From: Candidatus Latescibacterota bacterium
GTDB lineage: Bacteria > Latescibacterota > UBA2968 > UBA8231
Reading direction: 5' to 3'
Assembly: GCA_965243025.1 (NCBI GenBank)
Contig: CBDETY010000003.1
Location: 6,656,001 to 6,720,000, forward strand
Length of the DNA stretch: 64,000 bases
Both the position numbers and the translations under genes were made by a program. The notes below the pieces were generated by a model. That model did not search any database and was not told the DNA's origin. It was given only the letters and a program-made list of their open reading frames with translations. Positions 30,912 through 40,208 of the stretch are shown here, one piece after another. Each line of letters opens with the position of its first letter. Position 1 is the first letter of the stretch.

Positions 30912-33821
30912 ATGAGCCATGAATTCGAGCTGATCGAAGAGCGCGACATCTCCGAGCTCGATACCGGCGGCCGCCTCTACCGCCACCGCACCGGAGCCGA
31001 GCTGCTGTCGCTTTCCAACGACGACGAGAACAAGGTCTTCGGCATAACCTTCCGGACGCCGCCGGAGGACTCGACCGGGGTGGCCCACATCCTCGAGCAC
31101 TCGGTGCTGTGCGGCTCGCGCAAGTACCCGGTAAAGGAGCCGTTCGTCGAGCTGCTCAAGGGTTCCCTCAAGACCTTCCTCAACGCCTTCACCTACCCGG
31201 ACAAGACCTGCTATCCCGTCGCCAGCCAGAACCTCCAGGATTTCTACAACCTGATCGACGTCTACCTCGACGCCGTCTTCCATCCCCGACTGACGCCGCA
31301 GGTCCTGCAGCAGGAGGGCTGGCACTACGAGGTCGAAGAGGCCGGCGGCCCCCTGGTTTTCAAGGGAGTGGTTTTCAACGAGATGAAGGGGGCCAACTCC
31401 TCTCCGGACCGGGTGATGGCCGAGTACGTGCAGCACTCGCTGTTCCCCGGCAACACCTACGGCGTCGATTCCGGGGGCCACCCGCGCGAGATACCGGACC
31501 TCACCTACGAGCAGTTCGAAAGCTTCCACCGCGACTACTACCACCCGGCCAACGCGCGCATCTACTTCTACGGCGACGACCCGGCCGAGCGACGCTTGGA
31601 GCTGCTCGAGGAGTACCTGGGGGATTACGAGCCCGCCGGGATCCGGTCCGCCGTCGCCTGGCAGCCACCCTTCTCCGGTCCGCGGAAAGTCGAACGCACC
31701 TACGCCGCGGGTGAGGAGGGAGAGGAGGGGGGCCGCGCCAGAAGCATGGTCACCGTCAACTGGCTGATGCACGAGGAGATCGACCCGGTGACCGGTCTCG
31801 GGCTGCAGATACTGGACCACGTGCTGCTGGGGACGCCGGCGTCGCCGCTGCGCAAGGCGCTGATCGAGTCCGGCCTCGGTGAGGACCTCTCGGGCATCGG
31901 CATGGAGACCGAGCTGCAGCAGTTCTTCTTCTCGATCGGACTGAAGGGGGTGGCCCGCGAGGACGAGGAGCAGGTCGTCGAGCTGGTGCTGCGGACCCTG
32001 GAATCGCTGGCCGGGGAAGGGATCGACAGGGAGACGGTGACCGCCGCCCTGAACACCTCGGAGTTCCGCCTGCGGGAGAACAACACCGGCTCCTACCCGC
32101 GCGGTCTGGCGCTGATGCTCAGGGCGCTGACGACGTGGCTCTACGACCGCGACCCGTTCGCCCCCCTCGCGTACGCCGAACCCCTGGCGGAGGTCAGGCG
32201 GAGGGGGGAAGCCGGCGGCTGGTTCGAGCAGCTGATCAGGCGCCACCTGCTCGACAACAGCCACCGCACCGCGCTCTACCTGCGCGCCGACGAGGAACAG
32301 GCGCGGAGGGAGGAGCGGGAGGAAGAAGAGCGGCTGAGCCGGGCGCGGGAGGGTATGAGCGACGGACAGCTGCGGGAGATAGCCGCGGAGGCGGAAGAGC
32401 TGGCGCGGCGCCAGCAGCTGCCGGACGATCCCGCCGATCTGGCCAGGCTGCCGCGCCTGACCCTGGAGGACCTGGAACCGCAGATCCGCACCATACCGCT
32501 CGACAGGGGAGAGGTCGCGGGCGCTCCCGCCCTGTTCCACGACCTGTTCACCAACGGCATCGTCTACGCCGACGTCGGTTTCTCGGTGCGCGCGGTGCCG
32601 GAGCGGCTGCTTCCCTGCCTGCCGCTGTTCGGGCGCGCCCTCCTCGAGATGGGCACGGAAAAGGAGGATTTCGTCCAGCTCGCGCAGCGCATCGGCGCGC
32701 GCACCGGGGGCGTCTGGCCGCATACCCTGGTATCGTCCCGGCGCGGCTCGAAAGAGGCTGCGGCGCGGTTCTTTCTGCGCGGCAAGGCAATGGTCGGCCA
32801 GGTCGGCGACCTCGTCGAAATCATGGGGGACATCCTCAACACGGTGAACCTCGACAACCGGGAGCGGTTCCTGCAGATGGCGCTCGAGGAGCGCGCCGAG
32901 CAGGAGGCGGGCCTGGTGCCGGGGGGGCACGGGGTGGTCGCCCTGCGCCTGCGGGCGCAGCTCGACGAGGCGGCGTGGGTGTCGGAGCAGATGGAGGGGG
33001 TCAGCTACCTCTTCTTCCTGCGGCAGCTGGTCGCCGACATCGAAAACGACTGGCCCGGGGTGCTCGCCCGGCTCGAGGAGCTGCGCAGCCTGCTGGTGAA
33101 CCGGCGCACCCTGCTGTGCAACGCCACCCTGCCGGACAGCGACCGCCCCGGCTTCGAGAGGCAGCTCGCCAGGCTGGTGGAAGCGCTTCCCGATGCCCCC
33201 GCGCAAGAGGCGGCCTGGGAGCCGCGCTACGAGCGCAGGTGCGAGGGGCTGGTGATACCGGCGCAGGTCAACTACGTCGGCAAGGCCGCGAACCTCTACG
33301 AGCTCGGGTACGAGCTGCACGGCTCGGTCGCGGTGATCACCCGCTACCTCCGCAACACCTGGCTGTGGGACCGGGTCCGCGTCCAGGGCGGGGCCTACGG
33401 GGCTTTCTGCTCGTTCGACCCCTTCTCCGGGATCCTCGCCTTCGCCTCGTACCGCGACCCCAACCTCGGCGGGACCCTCGCCAACTTCGACAACTCCGGG
33501 CGCTTCCTGCGCGAGGCCGATCTCTCCGAGGAGGAGCTGACCAAGGCGGTCATCGGGACCATCGGCGACCTCGACGCCTACCAGCTGCCCGACGCGAGGG
33601 GGCACACCTCGATGGTGAGGGAGCTGACCGGACTGGACGACGGCTTCCGCCAGCAGATGCGGGACGCGGTGCTGGCGACCACGGCCGCGGATTTCCGGGC
33701 CTTCGCGGACGTGCTCGACGAGGCGGGAAGGAGCGGCCGCATCGCGGTGCTGGGGTCGCGCGACGCCCTGGAGGCGGCCAACGCAGGCGGGCAGGCCCTG
33801 GAGCTGGTGCCGGTGCTTTAG
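30912..33821 (+). CDS. M16C zinc metallopeptidase (presequence protease PreP-like)
   Basis: Inverted zinc motif HILEH in STGVAHILEHSVLCGSRKYPVKEPF; LNAFTYPDKTCYPVAS, GVVFNEMKG and WDRVRVQGGAYG. Confidence 0.93.
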   Translation: MSHEFELIEERDISELDTGGRLYRHRTGAELLSLSNDDENKVFGITFRTPPEDSTGVAHILEHSVLCGSRKYPVKEPFVELLKGSLKTFLNAFTYPDKTCYPVASQNLQDFYNLIDVYLDAVFHPRLTPQVLQQEGWHYEVEEAGGPLVFKGVVFNEMKGANSSPDRVMAEYVQHSLFPGNTYGVDSGGHPREIPDLTYEQFESFHRDYYHPANARIYFYGDDPAERRLELLEEYLGDYEPAGIRSAVAWQPPFSGPRKVERTYAAGEEGEEGGRARSMVTVNWLMHEEIDPVTGLGLQILDHVLLGTPASPLRKALIESGLGEDLSGIGMETELQQFFFSIGLKGVAREDEEQVVELVLRTLESLAGEGIDRETVTAALNTSEFRLRENNTGSYPRGLALMLRALTTWLYDRDPFAPLAYAEPLAEVRRRGEAGGWFEQLIRRHLLDNSHRTALYLRADEEQARREEREEEERLSRAREGMSDGQLREIAAEAEELARRQQLPDDPADLARLPRLTLEDLEPQIRTIPLDRGEVAGAPALFHDLFTNGIVYADVGFSVRAVPERLLPCLPLFGRALLEMGTEKEDFVQLAQRIGARTGGVWPHTLVSSRRGSKEAAARFFLRGKAMVGQVGDLVEIMGDILNTVNLDNRERFLQMALEERAEQEAGLVPGGHGVVALRLRAQLDEAAWVSEQMEGVSYLFFLRQLVADIENDWPGVLARLEELRSLLVNRRTLLCNATLPDSDRPGFERQLARLVEALPDAPAQEAAWEPRYERRCEGLVIPAQVNYVGKAANLYELGYELHGSVAVITRYLRNTWLWDRVRVQGGAYGAFCSFDPFSGILAFASYRDPNLGGTLANFDNSGRFLREADLSEEELTKAVIGTIGDLDAYQLPDARGHTSMVRELTGLDDGFRQQMRDAVLATTAADFRAFADVLDEAGRSGRIAVLGSRDALEAANAGGQALELVPVL

Positions 33822-33910
33822 ACCCCTCCGGTTCGGTCAGGCACTCGGAAGGGGTGGCGGCGGTTCCCGACCGGGCATGATTCGCCTGCGGACCCCGCGG
33901 TCCCCGAATC

Positions 33911-34165
33911 TCATTCTGCAAGGCCGGCCTTGATGCGGCCCCAGGAGCCGCTTTCCACGGCGGTTTCGTCGTACGGGCTGCTGAGAAGAACACCCCGGGC
34001 CCACAGATCGGTGTGCACCTGATCCCGCTCCGCATCCACCCCCTGTCCGAAAAGGCCGAAGGAACCGTCCTCCTCCCCCTGGTCGACATCCACCATCAAC
34101 AGGTTGAAGGTGATCTCCTTGCCGGGGTAGAGGTCCGAGACGGCGGATTCCTTCGGATCGTCCCG
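33911..34165 (-). pseudogene. C-terminal remnant of a secreted protein ending in the TAVESGSWGRIKA motif
   Basis: The frame of ORF 33911..34099 extends upstream as DDPKESAVSDLYPGKEITFNLLMVDVD...GVLL...TAVESGSWGRIKAGLAE*. There is no signal peptide or convincing start before the hpcH stop. Confidence 0.55.
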
Positions 34166-34223
34166 GAGGAACCGGGGCCATTCCCCGATCCCCTCCGATC
34201 TGCGGGATGCCTGGATCCGGAGA

Positions 34224-34976
34224 CTACAGAGCGGACTGGGCGCGGGCGACGAAATCCCTGGCGCCGGCCGCCAGCCAGGCCCCCACCGAGGTCAGGACCA
34301 CCCGCGCGCCGCGGCCGACGTAGTCGGCGACCTGGTCGTTGTTGGTTGTGAAACCGGCTACCCGCCCGGCGGCGTTGATGCGCGCGAGGGCGTCGGTGAT
34401 CGTGTCCTGGACCTCGGGATGAGCGGTGTCGGCGTTGTGCCCCATCGACTGGGCGAGGTCGGTGGGGGCCACGAAGAAGACGTCGATGTGATCGACCGTG
34501 AGGATCTCGTCGAGATTCCCGATCGCCTCGATGTCCTCGATCAGCACGATCAGCAGCGACTGCTCGTTGGCCTCGGCGAAGAAGTCGTCGACCCCGTACC
34601 CCTGGCGGCTGGTGTACATGCCGCGCTTGCCGGCAGGGGCGAACTTGCCGCCGTCGACGACGTTCTGCGCCTCCTCCCTGGTGTCGACGTGGGGGACGCA
34701 GATGCCGGTGGCGCCGCAGTCTAGGGTGCGGTAGATCAGGGCCTGGTCGTTCCGGTTGACGCGCACCACCGAGGTCATTCCCCAGATGTCGCAGGCGCGC
34801 GTCAGGTCCCCGAGCCGCGAGGCGTCGGCCGGGCCGTGTTCCCCCTCGAGCCAGACGCCGTCGAAGCCGTTGGGCCCGAAGGCGTCGATGCCGTCGGGGT
34901 CGGACAGGCCGCTGACGATGCAGGCGACGCCTCCGTCGGCGAGCTTCTGCTTGATCCGGTTCGGTCTGATTTTCAT
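34224..34976 (-). CDS. HpcH/HpaI aldolase family protein
   Basis: Starts MKIRPNRIKQKL with a GGAGAG RBS; motifs GFDGVWLEGEHG, RTLDCGATGICVPHV, LIED and FVAPTDLAQSMGH. Confidence 0.9.
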   Translation of the reverse strand: MKIRPNRIKQKLADGGVACIVSGLSDPDGIDAFGPNGFDGVWLEGEHGPADASRLGDLTRACDIWGMTSVVRVNRNDQALIYRTLDCGATGICVPHVDTREEAQNVVDGGKFAPAGKRGMYTSRQGYGVDDFFAEANEQSLLIVLIEDIEAIGNLDEILTVDHIDVFFVAPTDLAQSMGHNADTAHPEVQDTITDALARINAAGRVAGFTTNNDQVADYVGRGARVVLTSVGAWLAAGARDFVARAQSAL

Positions 34977-35008
34977 CTCGGTGTTCTCTCCCGGTATATG
35001 GTGGTATT

Positions 35009-36091
35009 TCAGCGGATCTCGATCTTCCGCCCCGTATCCGCGCTGTCGTAGAGGGCGTCGAGGATCTTCATGAACAGGTGGGCCTCCGGGGCGGCGACCT
35101 CCGGCTCCGTTTCCCCGGCCACCGCCATGGCGAAGCGCTCGATCTCGTGGTAGAACGGGGACGCCCCCTCCGGCGCCTCGGTATGCTCGACATCGGATTC
35201 CTGCGGGATCTCCTCGCGGCGGTACCCGTCCCCGGTCCGGCGGAACACCGCCTCGTTCGGCGGCGAACCGGGGGCGCGGCCCAGCCCGCAGCGGGCATTT
35301 CCGGCGATGGCCCCCTCGGTGCCGTGCAGCTCGCAGGTCCGCGGCGTGTCGCAATGGCTGGAGTTGCTGCAGTCGATCTGGATCGTCCTGCCGCCGGCGC
35401 AGCCGAGCAGGCCGCTGAAGTAATCTTCCGAGGGGCCCTCCGGGCCGTCGTACAGGGGGTGCAGGTGGTGCTTGGCGGCGAAGGCCCACTCCGGCTGCGG
35501 ACAGCCCATCCACCACCACAGCAGGTTGAGGTCGTGCGACATGTGCTGGGCGAGCACGCCCCCCTTCTGCCCGTACACGTGCAGCCAGCGGTTGGCCCCG
35601 GTGATCGTCCGGGGCGGGCTCGCGTTCTTGCTGAAATAGCGGCCGTGGTAGGGCTCGCCGATCGTCCCTGAGTCCACCGCGAGGCGCACGGCGCGGTTGT
35701 GGGGATAGTGGCGCAGGTAATAGCAGAACTGGAGGACCCTGCCGGCCTCCTGCGCCGCCGCCTCCATCTCGAGGATCTCGCCGGCCCGGGTCGCGTGCGG
35801 CTTCTGCACCAGGACGTGCCTGCCCGCGGCGAGGCTGTCGATGACCATCGGCGTGCGGATGTCGGGCGGGACGCCGAGATAGACCGCCTCGACGCTCCCG
35901 TCGCTCAACAGCTCGCGGTAGTCGGAGCAGCGGCCGGGGATGGCGAACTCGTCGGCCAGCGGATCGCGGCGCCCGCTGTCGGGATCGGCGATCGCCGCGC
36001 TCTCTACCCGCTCCATCTGCGACGCCGAGAGCGCCGCCTGCCTGCCGGTGAACCCCGCCCCGGCGATGCCGAGCCGAAGCGGCCGGCTCAC
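35009..36091 (-). CDS. Gfo/Idh/MocA-family NAD(P)-dependent oxidoreductase
   Basis: Motifs LGIAGAGFTG, HVLVQKP (variant of EKP), GGVLAQHMSHDLN and LHGTEG. Confidence 0.85.
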   Translation of the reverse strand: MSRPLRLGIAGAGFTGRQAALSASQMERVESAAIADPDSGRRDPLADEFAIPGRCSDYRELLSDGSVEAVYLGVPPDIRTPMVIDSLAAGRHVLVQKPHATRAGEILEMEAAAQEAGRVLQFCYYLRHYPHNRAVRLAVDSGTIGEPYHGRYFSKNASPPRTITGANRWLHVYGQKGGVLAQHMSHDLNLLWWWMGCPQPEWAFAAKHHLHPLYDGPEGPSEDYFSGLLGCAGGRTIQIDCSNSSHCDTPRTCELHGTEGAIAGNARCGLGRAPGSPPNEAVFRRTGDGYRREEIPQESDVEHTEAPEGASPFYHEIERFAMAVAGETEPEVAAPEAHLFMKILDALYDSADTGRKIEIR

Positions 36092-36119
36092 GGGGGTTGC
36101 CTGTCCGCCGGAGCCGCCA

Positions 36120-37472
36120 TCAACAGATCGTCCCCCGGTGATGCCCGATGCCGTTTCCCGGCGGCGGGTCGCCGACCCAGCGGCTGTCGATCGGCTCGGA
36201 GGCGAGCTGGTAGCGGGAGTCGGTGGAGATGCGCAGGCGGTCGGTCTGGTTGTCGTGGGCGGCGTGCATGGTGTGCATGGTGAAGACGAGCAGGTCGCCC
36301 ATCCTGTAGTCGGCGGTCAGCCAGCGGCCTCCGAGGTCGGCGCGGGCGTCGATCGGGTCCTTGCCGTAGGGGCCGAGAGTGGTCCACTGAATGCGGTTCC
36401 TCTCTTCGCCGGTCAGCTCGCGGTTCTCCGCCTTCGCGGCGGCGATGATTTCGGCCGCCTCCCCGGAGTTCTCGCAGAACAGGTTGACGTCCGCCTGGCC
36501 GTAGGTCGCCTTGAGTTCCTCCTGCAGGTGCGAGCCCTCGAGCAGCATCAGCCCGCCCATTTCGAACGGGATGTCGTCGAGGGGGGTCCAGGAGGTGTAG
36601 AGGTTCCTGGTGCCGCGCGACATGAACACGATGTCGCAATGCGGCTCGGTGGCGACCGCCTCTCCCTGCGTCTTTGCCCGGAACCAGGTGTAGTCGAAGT
36701 GCGCCACCGGGCCGCCGAGGAAGAGCTCGTAGAACTCGATCATGCGGCCGGAGTAGAGCAGCCTGTCGATCTCGGGGTTGTCGACCGGCACGTCCTGGGC
36801 CGAGCGCATCCGCGTTCCCGGCTTGAACCGGCCCTCCTCGAGGGGGGTTCCCTCCTCGAAGGTGCCCGAGGCGGCGAGCCGCCTCAGGGCGCTCATGCGC
36901 GCCGCGACGACCTCGCCGCGGTCGAGGTACCCGGGAAGGAAGAGATAGCCGTCGGCGGCCATGCGGCGGTGCAGCTCGCCGCGGTCTCCGGCGACGTCGA
37001 TGGAGCTGCGCAGGAGGCCGACCCCGGACATGTCGAGGGAACGGCCGCTGAAGGTGAACTGGGGCAGTGTTTCGGTCGTCATCGGAACCTGTTTCGATTG
37101 CGATTGCGGAGGCGGGGTTGGAGTGCGGAAAGATAGACCGGAGCCCGGGGAACTGCGAGCGGCGCCGGGGATGGAAACCGGATCTTCAGGCCCCTCGGGG
37201 ACCGGTGGCTTTGCGGGAGAGGGCTGGGCGGCCGAAGCTTCCCCGGAGTCGGGCGGGTCCGCGGCGGGGGGGAGGTGGAGGATCAGCTCGTCGACGCTCT
37301 CGCATCCCAGGGCGCGGTAGATGCGGTCGAGGGTGTCGAGGTCGATGCGCTTGATCCCGCCGTTGACCAGGCGGTTCACCTGCTGCCGCGGCATCCCGAT
37401 TCTGCGGGCGAGCTCGGACTGCGTGGGGGCTCCCTCCCTTTCGAGCAGCTCCCTGAGGCGGAACTTCATCAT
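36120..37472 (-). CDS. Cro/C1-type HTH (XRE) domain in frame with a PhyH-family Fe/2OG dioxygenase (dioxygenase alone 36120..37082)
   Basis: N-terminal LRELL...TQSELARRIG...RIDLDTLDRIYRALG HTH, then a ~60-aa Pro-rich linker, then DGYLFL, HCD, YTSWTPL and GDLLVFTMHTMH...RISTDSRYQ. Confidence 0.8.
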   Translation of the reverse strand: MMKFRLRELLEREGAPTQSELARRIGMPRQQVNRLVNGGIKRIDLDTLDRIYRALGCESVDELILHLPPAADPPDSGEASAAQPSPAKPPVPEGPEDPVSIPGAARSSPGSGLSFRTPTPPPQSQSKQVPMTTETLPQFTFSGRSLDMSGVGLLRSSIDVAGDRGELHRRMAADGYLFLPGYLDRGEVVAARMSALRRLAASGTFEEGTPLEEGRFKPGTRMRSAQDVPVDNPEIDRLLYSGRMIEFYELFLGGPVAHFDYTWFRAKTQGEAVATEPHCDIVFMSRGTRNLYTSWTPLDDIPFEMGGLMLLEGSHLQEELKATYGQADVNLFCENSGEAAEIIAAAKAENRELTGEERNRIQWTTLGPYGKDPIDARADLGGRWLTADYRMGDLLVFTMHTMHAAHDNQTDRLRISTDSRYQLASEPIDSRWVGDPPPGNGIGHHRGTIC

Positions 37473-37543
37473 GGATCGTGTCCTCCCCTTCCGGATGCGG
37501 AACCTGGTCGCGGGCAATCAAGCAAAAAAGGGATTGGGTTTCC

Positions 37544-37561
37544 GTCAACAGAAATGTTCAC
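37544..37561. promoter_or_regulatory. candidate operator upstream of the HTH gene
   Basis: Imperfect palindrome GTCAACA-gaaa-TGTTCAC (6/7) in an AT-rich patch ~70 bp upstream of the HTH start. Confidence 0.35.
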
Positions 37562-37705
37562 AGAAGATGGCCCTGCGGAATCCACCCGAAAACGTCCGTA
37601 TCGAGAATCGGCGAGGTCGTCGTTTCAACCGGGGCAACTCACTGTTCGGGGATTGCCTGCCGTCGCCCGGGGGGCGACCTTCAACCCGGGCCCCTTTCCA
37701 AAACC

Positions 37706-37719
37706 GACAACCGGTTGTC
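37706..37719. promoter_or_regulatory. LacI-like operator palindrome upstream of the TPR-PhyH-secreted paralog operon
   Basis: Perfect 14-bp palindrome GACAACCGGTTGTC with a central CG, 52 bp before the GTG start. Confidence 0.5.
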
Positions 37720-37771
37720 CGGGGCGTCCTGTCCGGCGGCGGAAACTCCCCGGGGCTGCGAGAAGGAAATT

Positions 37772-39226
37772 GTGAACAACCAGGCTCGTCATCTGGCGGG
37801 CGGCATCCGGTCGCCGAGGAGGAATGGAACGCCCGTCCCCCGTGCGCCGGCCCTCCCCCGCGTCTGCGGCGGCCTCCTCTGTCTCGTCACCCTCGGCGCC
37901 ACCGCCTGCTCCGGGCCCTCCCCCGAGGCGCTGGCGCATTTCGCCGACTGCGAGCTGGAGTCCGGGCAGGGGCAGCTGCTCGACGCCGTGAAGACCTGCG
38001 GGAAGGCACTCGAGGCGGATCCGGAGCACCTCGAGGCGAGGCTGCTGCTGGGGCGGCTCCTGCTGAAGCTCGGAGAGATACGGCCGGCGGTTCAGCAGAC
38101 CCGGAGAGCGGTCGAGCTCGCCCCCGGAAACGTCGATGCCCGCGTCGCCCTCGGCGACGCGCTCCTGAGGTTGCGGGCGACGGAAGACGCCGGGGCGGCC
38201 TACGAGGAGGCGGAACGGCTCGACCCGTCCCGCGCGGAGATCCCGCGCAAGTTGTCGATCGTGTACAGCGACCAGAACATGTACGCGAAGGCGGTCGCCG
38301 CCCTGACCCGGGCGCTCGGCCTCGAACCACAGCACGCGCCCACCCGTTACAGCCTCGCCCTCGTGTACGAACGGCAGGGCCGCTACGACAAGGCGGTCGC
38401 CGAGCTCGAGCGCGCCACCGCGCTCGATACCACCCACCTCGACGCGCTGACCCGCCTGGCGCAGATCCAGGTCAGGCTCGGAAGGTACGGAGATGGCGAG
38501 AAGCGCCTGCGGGAGGCCCTGCGCCGGCGTCCGGGCGATTCCGGGGCGCTTGCCGCCCTGGGAGGGGTCATGCTCCAGCAGGGCCGGCTCGCCGAAGCGG
38601 AGAGGGCATTCCAGGCGGCGATCACCCTCGATCCGTTCGACCAGGAGTCCCTGCATCGCCTGGGGACGATGTACGTCAGGCAGGGGAGGGCGGCCGAAGG
38701 GAAGAGACTGCTCGATTCCTTCGAGCGCCTCTCCGCCGTCAACGAGCAGATCGTCCACTACCGCTACCTCCTGCAGCTGTACGAGGACGACGCCAGCGCC
38801 CACTACAACCTCGGCGTGCTCTACGCCGGGCAGGGGCACCTGAAGGCGGCGGCCAGACAATACGAGCGCGCCCTGGAGATCAACCCGGCGAACTTGAGCG
38901 CCCGCAACAATCTGGCGAACATTCACCTGCGCCGCCGCGACGGCCGGGCGGCAATCGAGGAGCTCGAGAAAATCATCGCCCTCGATCCCCGCTACGCCCG
39001 CGGCTACAACAACCTGGGATCGGCTTACCTGATGGTGGGGGAGGAGGCCATGGCGACCCGTCTTTTCCAGAAGGCGATCCGGATCGAACCGGACCTCGCG
39101 GACGCCCACTACAACCTCGCCCAGGTGTATCTTCAGAAGGGCCTGGAAATGGATGCCCGGAAGGAGCTGGAGGTCTACAGGCGCCTGCGGGAAAAGCCCG
39201 GGCAGAAAAAGGATCTCGGCGGATGA
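37772..39226 (+). CDS. tetratricopeptide-repeat (TPR) protein, probable lipoprotein
   Basis: AGAAGGA RBS then GTG; hydrophobic stretch with lipobox-like ATAC; many TPR units (AHYNLGVLYAGQG, ARNNLANI, GYNNLGSAY, AHYNLAQVY). Confidence 0.88.
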   Translation: MNNQARHLAGGIRSPRRNGTPVPRAPALPRVCGGLLCLVTLGATACSGPSPEALAHFADCELESGQGQLLDAVKTCGKALEADPEHLEARLLLGRLLLKLGEIRPAVQQTRRAVELAPGNVDARVALGDALLRLRATEDAGAAYEEAERLDPSRAEIPRKLSIVYSDQNMYAKAVAALTRALGLEPQHAPTRYSLALVYERQGRYDKAVAELERATALDTTHLDALTRLAQIQVRLGRYGDGEKRLREALRRRPGDSGALAALGGVMLQQGRLAEAERAFQAAITLDPFDQESLHRLGTMYVRQGRAAEGKRLLDSFERLSAVNEQIVHYRYLLQLYEDDASAHYNLGVLYAGQGHLKAAARQYERALEINPANLSARNNLANIHLRRRDGRAAIEELEKIIALDPRYARGYNNLGSAYLMVGEEAMATRLFQKAIRIEPDLADAHYNLAQVYLQKGLEMDARKELEVYRRLREKPGQKKDLGG

Positions 39227-40098
39227 TTCTGCGCATGTGCGGCACCGAAATGGAGATGGGGGGGAAGTACCTGGGTGAGCTGCGCGAGACCCGCCGATCC
39301 CCGGACGATCCCGGTGCTCTCCGCGACCGCCTCGAAGAGGACGGCTACCTCCTGTTGCGCGGGCTTCACTCGCGGGACCGCGTGCTGGCCGCGAGACGCC
39401 GGATCCTCGAGGCGATGGATGCCGCCGGCAGGCTCGACCGCACCCGCCCGCTGATGGAAGGCGCGGTCGCCGACCCGCCCCTGGAAGGGGAGCCGTACGA
39501 TGCGCGGGGAGTCACGCGGTCCGTGGAGATGCTGGGACTGGTCGAGTCGCCGGAGATCATCGGTTTTTTCGAAGGGATTCTCGGCGGCGAGGTGTGCACC
39601 TTCGACTACAAGTGGGTGCGCGTGGTCCCTCCCGGGACCAACACCGCCGCCCACTACGACGTCGTCTACATGGGACTGGGTACGAGGGACCTGTTCACCT
39701 GCTGGACGCCGATCGGGGACGTCACCCCGGAGATGGGTTCCCTCGCCGTTCTCGCCGGCTCCCACAGGATCGAGAAAATCAGGGAGACCTACGGCCGCAT
39801 GGATGTCGACCGGGACCGGATCGAGGGCCTGTTCTCGAAAGACCCGCTCGAGATGGTCGACCGTTACGGAGGCCGCTGGCTGACCACCGGTTTCGCCCCG
39901 GGGGACGCTCTGATCTTCGGCATGTACACGATGCACGCCTCCCTCGACAACATCTCCGACAGGTTCCGCCTCTGTGCGGACACGCGCTACCAGCTGGCCT
40001 CCGAACCGGTGGACGGCCGCTTCATGGGAGGAGAACCGTTCATCCGGGAAACCCCGGTTCACACCATCGAGGAGATGCGGGAGAAATGGGGGGTGTGA
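39223..40098 (+). CDS. PhyH-family Fe/2OG dioxygenase
   Basis: ATGA overlap with the TPR gene; motifs EDGYLLLR, HYDVVYM, FTCWTPIG and GDALIFGMYTMHAS...DTRYQ; paralog of the 36120 gene. Confidence 0.88.
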   Translation: MILRMCGTEMEMGGKYLGELRETRRSPDDPGALRDRLEEDGYLLLRGLHSRDRVLAARRRILEAMDAAGRLDRTRPLMEGAVADPPLEGEPYDARGVTRSVEMLGLVESPEIIGFFEGILGGEVCTFDYKWVRVVPPGTNTAAHYDVVYMGLGTRDLFTCWTPIGDVTPEMGSLAVLAGSHRIEKIRETYGRMDVDRDRIEGLFSKDPLEMVDRYGGRWLTTGFAPGDALIFGMYTMHASLDNISDRFRLCADTRYQLASEPVDGRFMGGEPFIRETPVHTIEEMREKWGV

Positions 40099-40208
40099 GG
40101 AGGGGGCCGTGCAGGGGCCGCCTGTTTCGGCAAACACACCCATGCCCGCTTACCCGGAGACGGGTGCCGGGCGTGCGTCGCCGCGGCGCTGACCGGCGGA
40201 AAGGCTCG

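Noticed and set aside
30882-33605. 907-aa ORF antisense to the M16C peptidase
   Set aside because: Antisense mirror frame kept open by GC3 bias; the plus-strand gene carries the clear motifs.
37321-40098. Apparent 925-aa PhyH fusion
   Set aside because: The N-terminal ~630 aa is an off-frame reading of the TPR gene; the real start is ATG 39223 overlapping the TPR stop.
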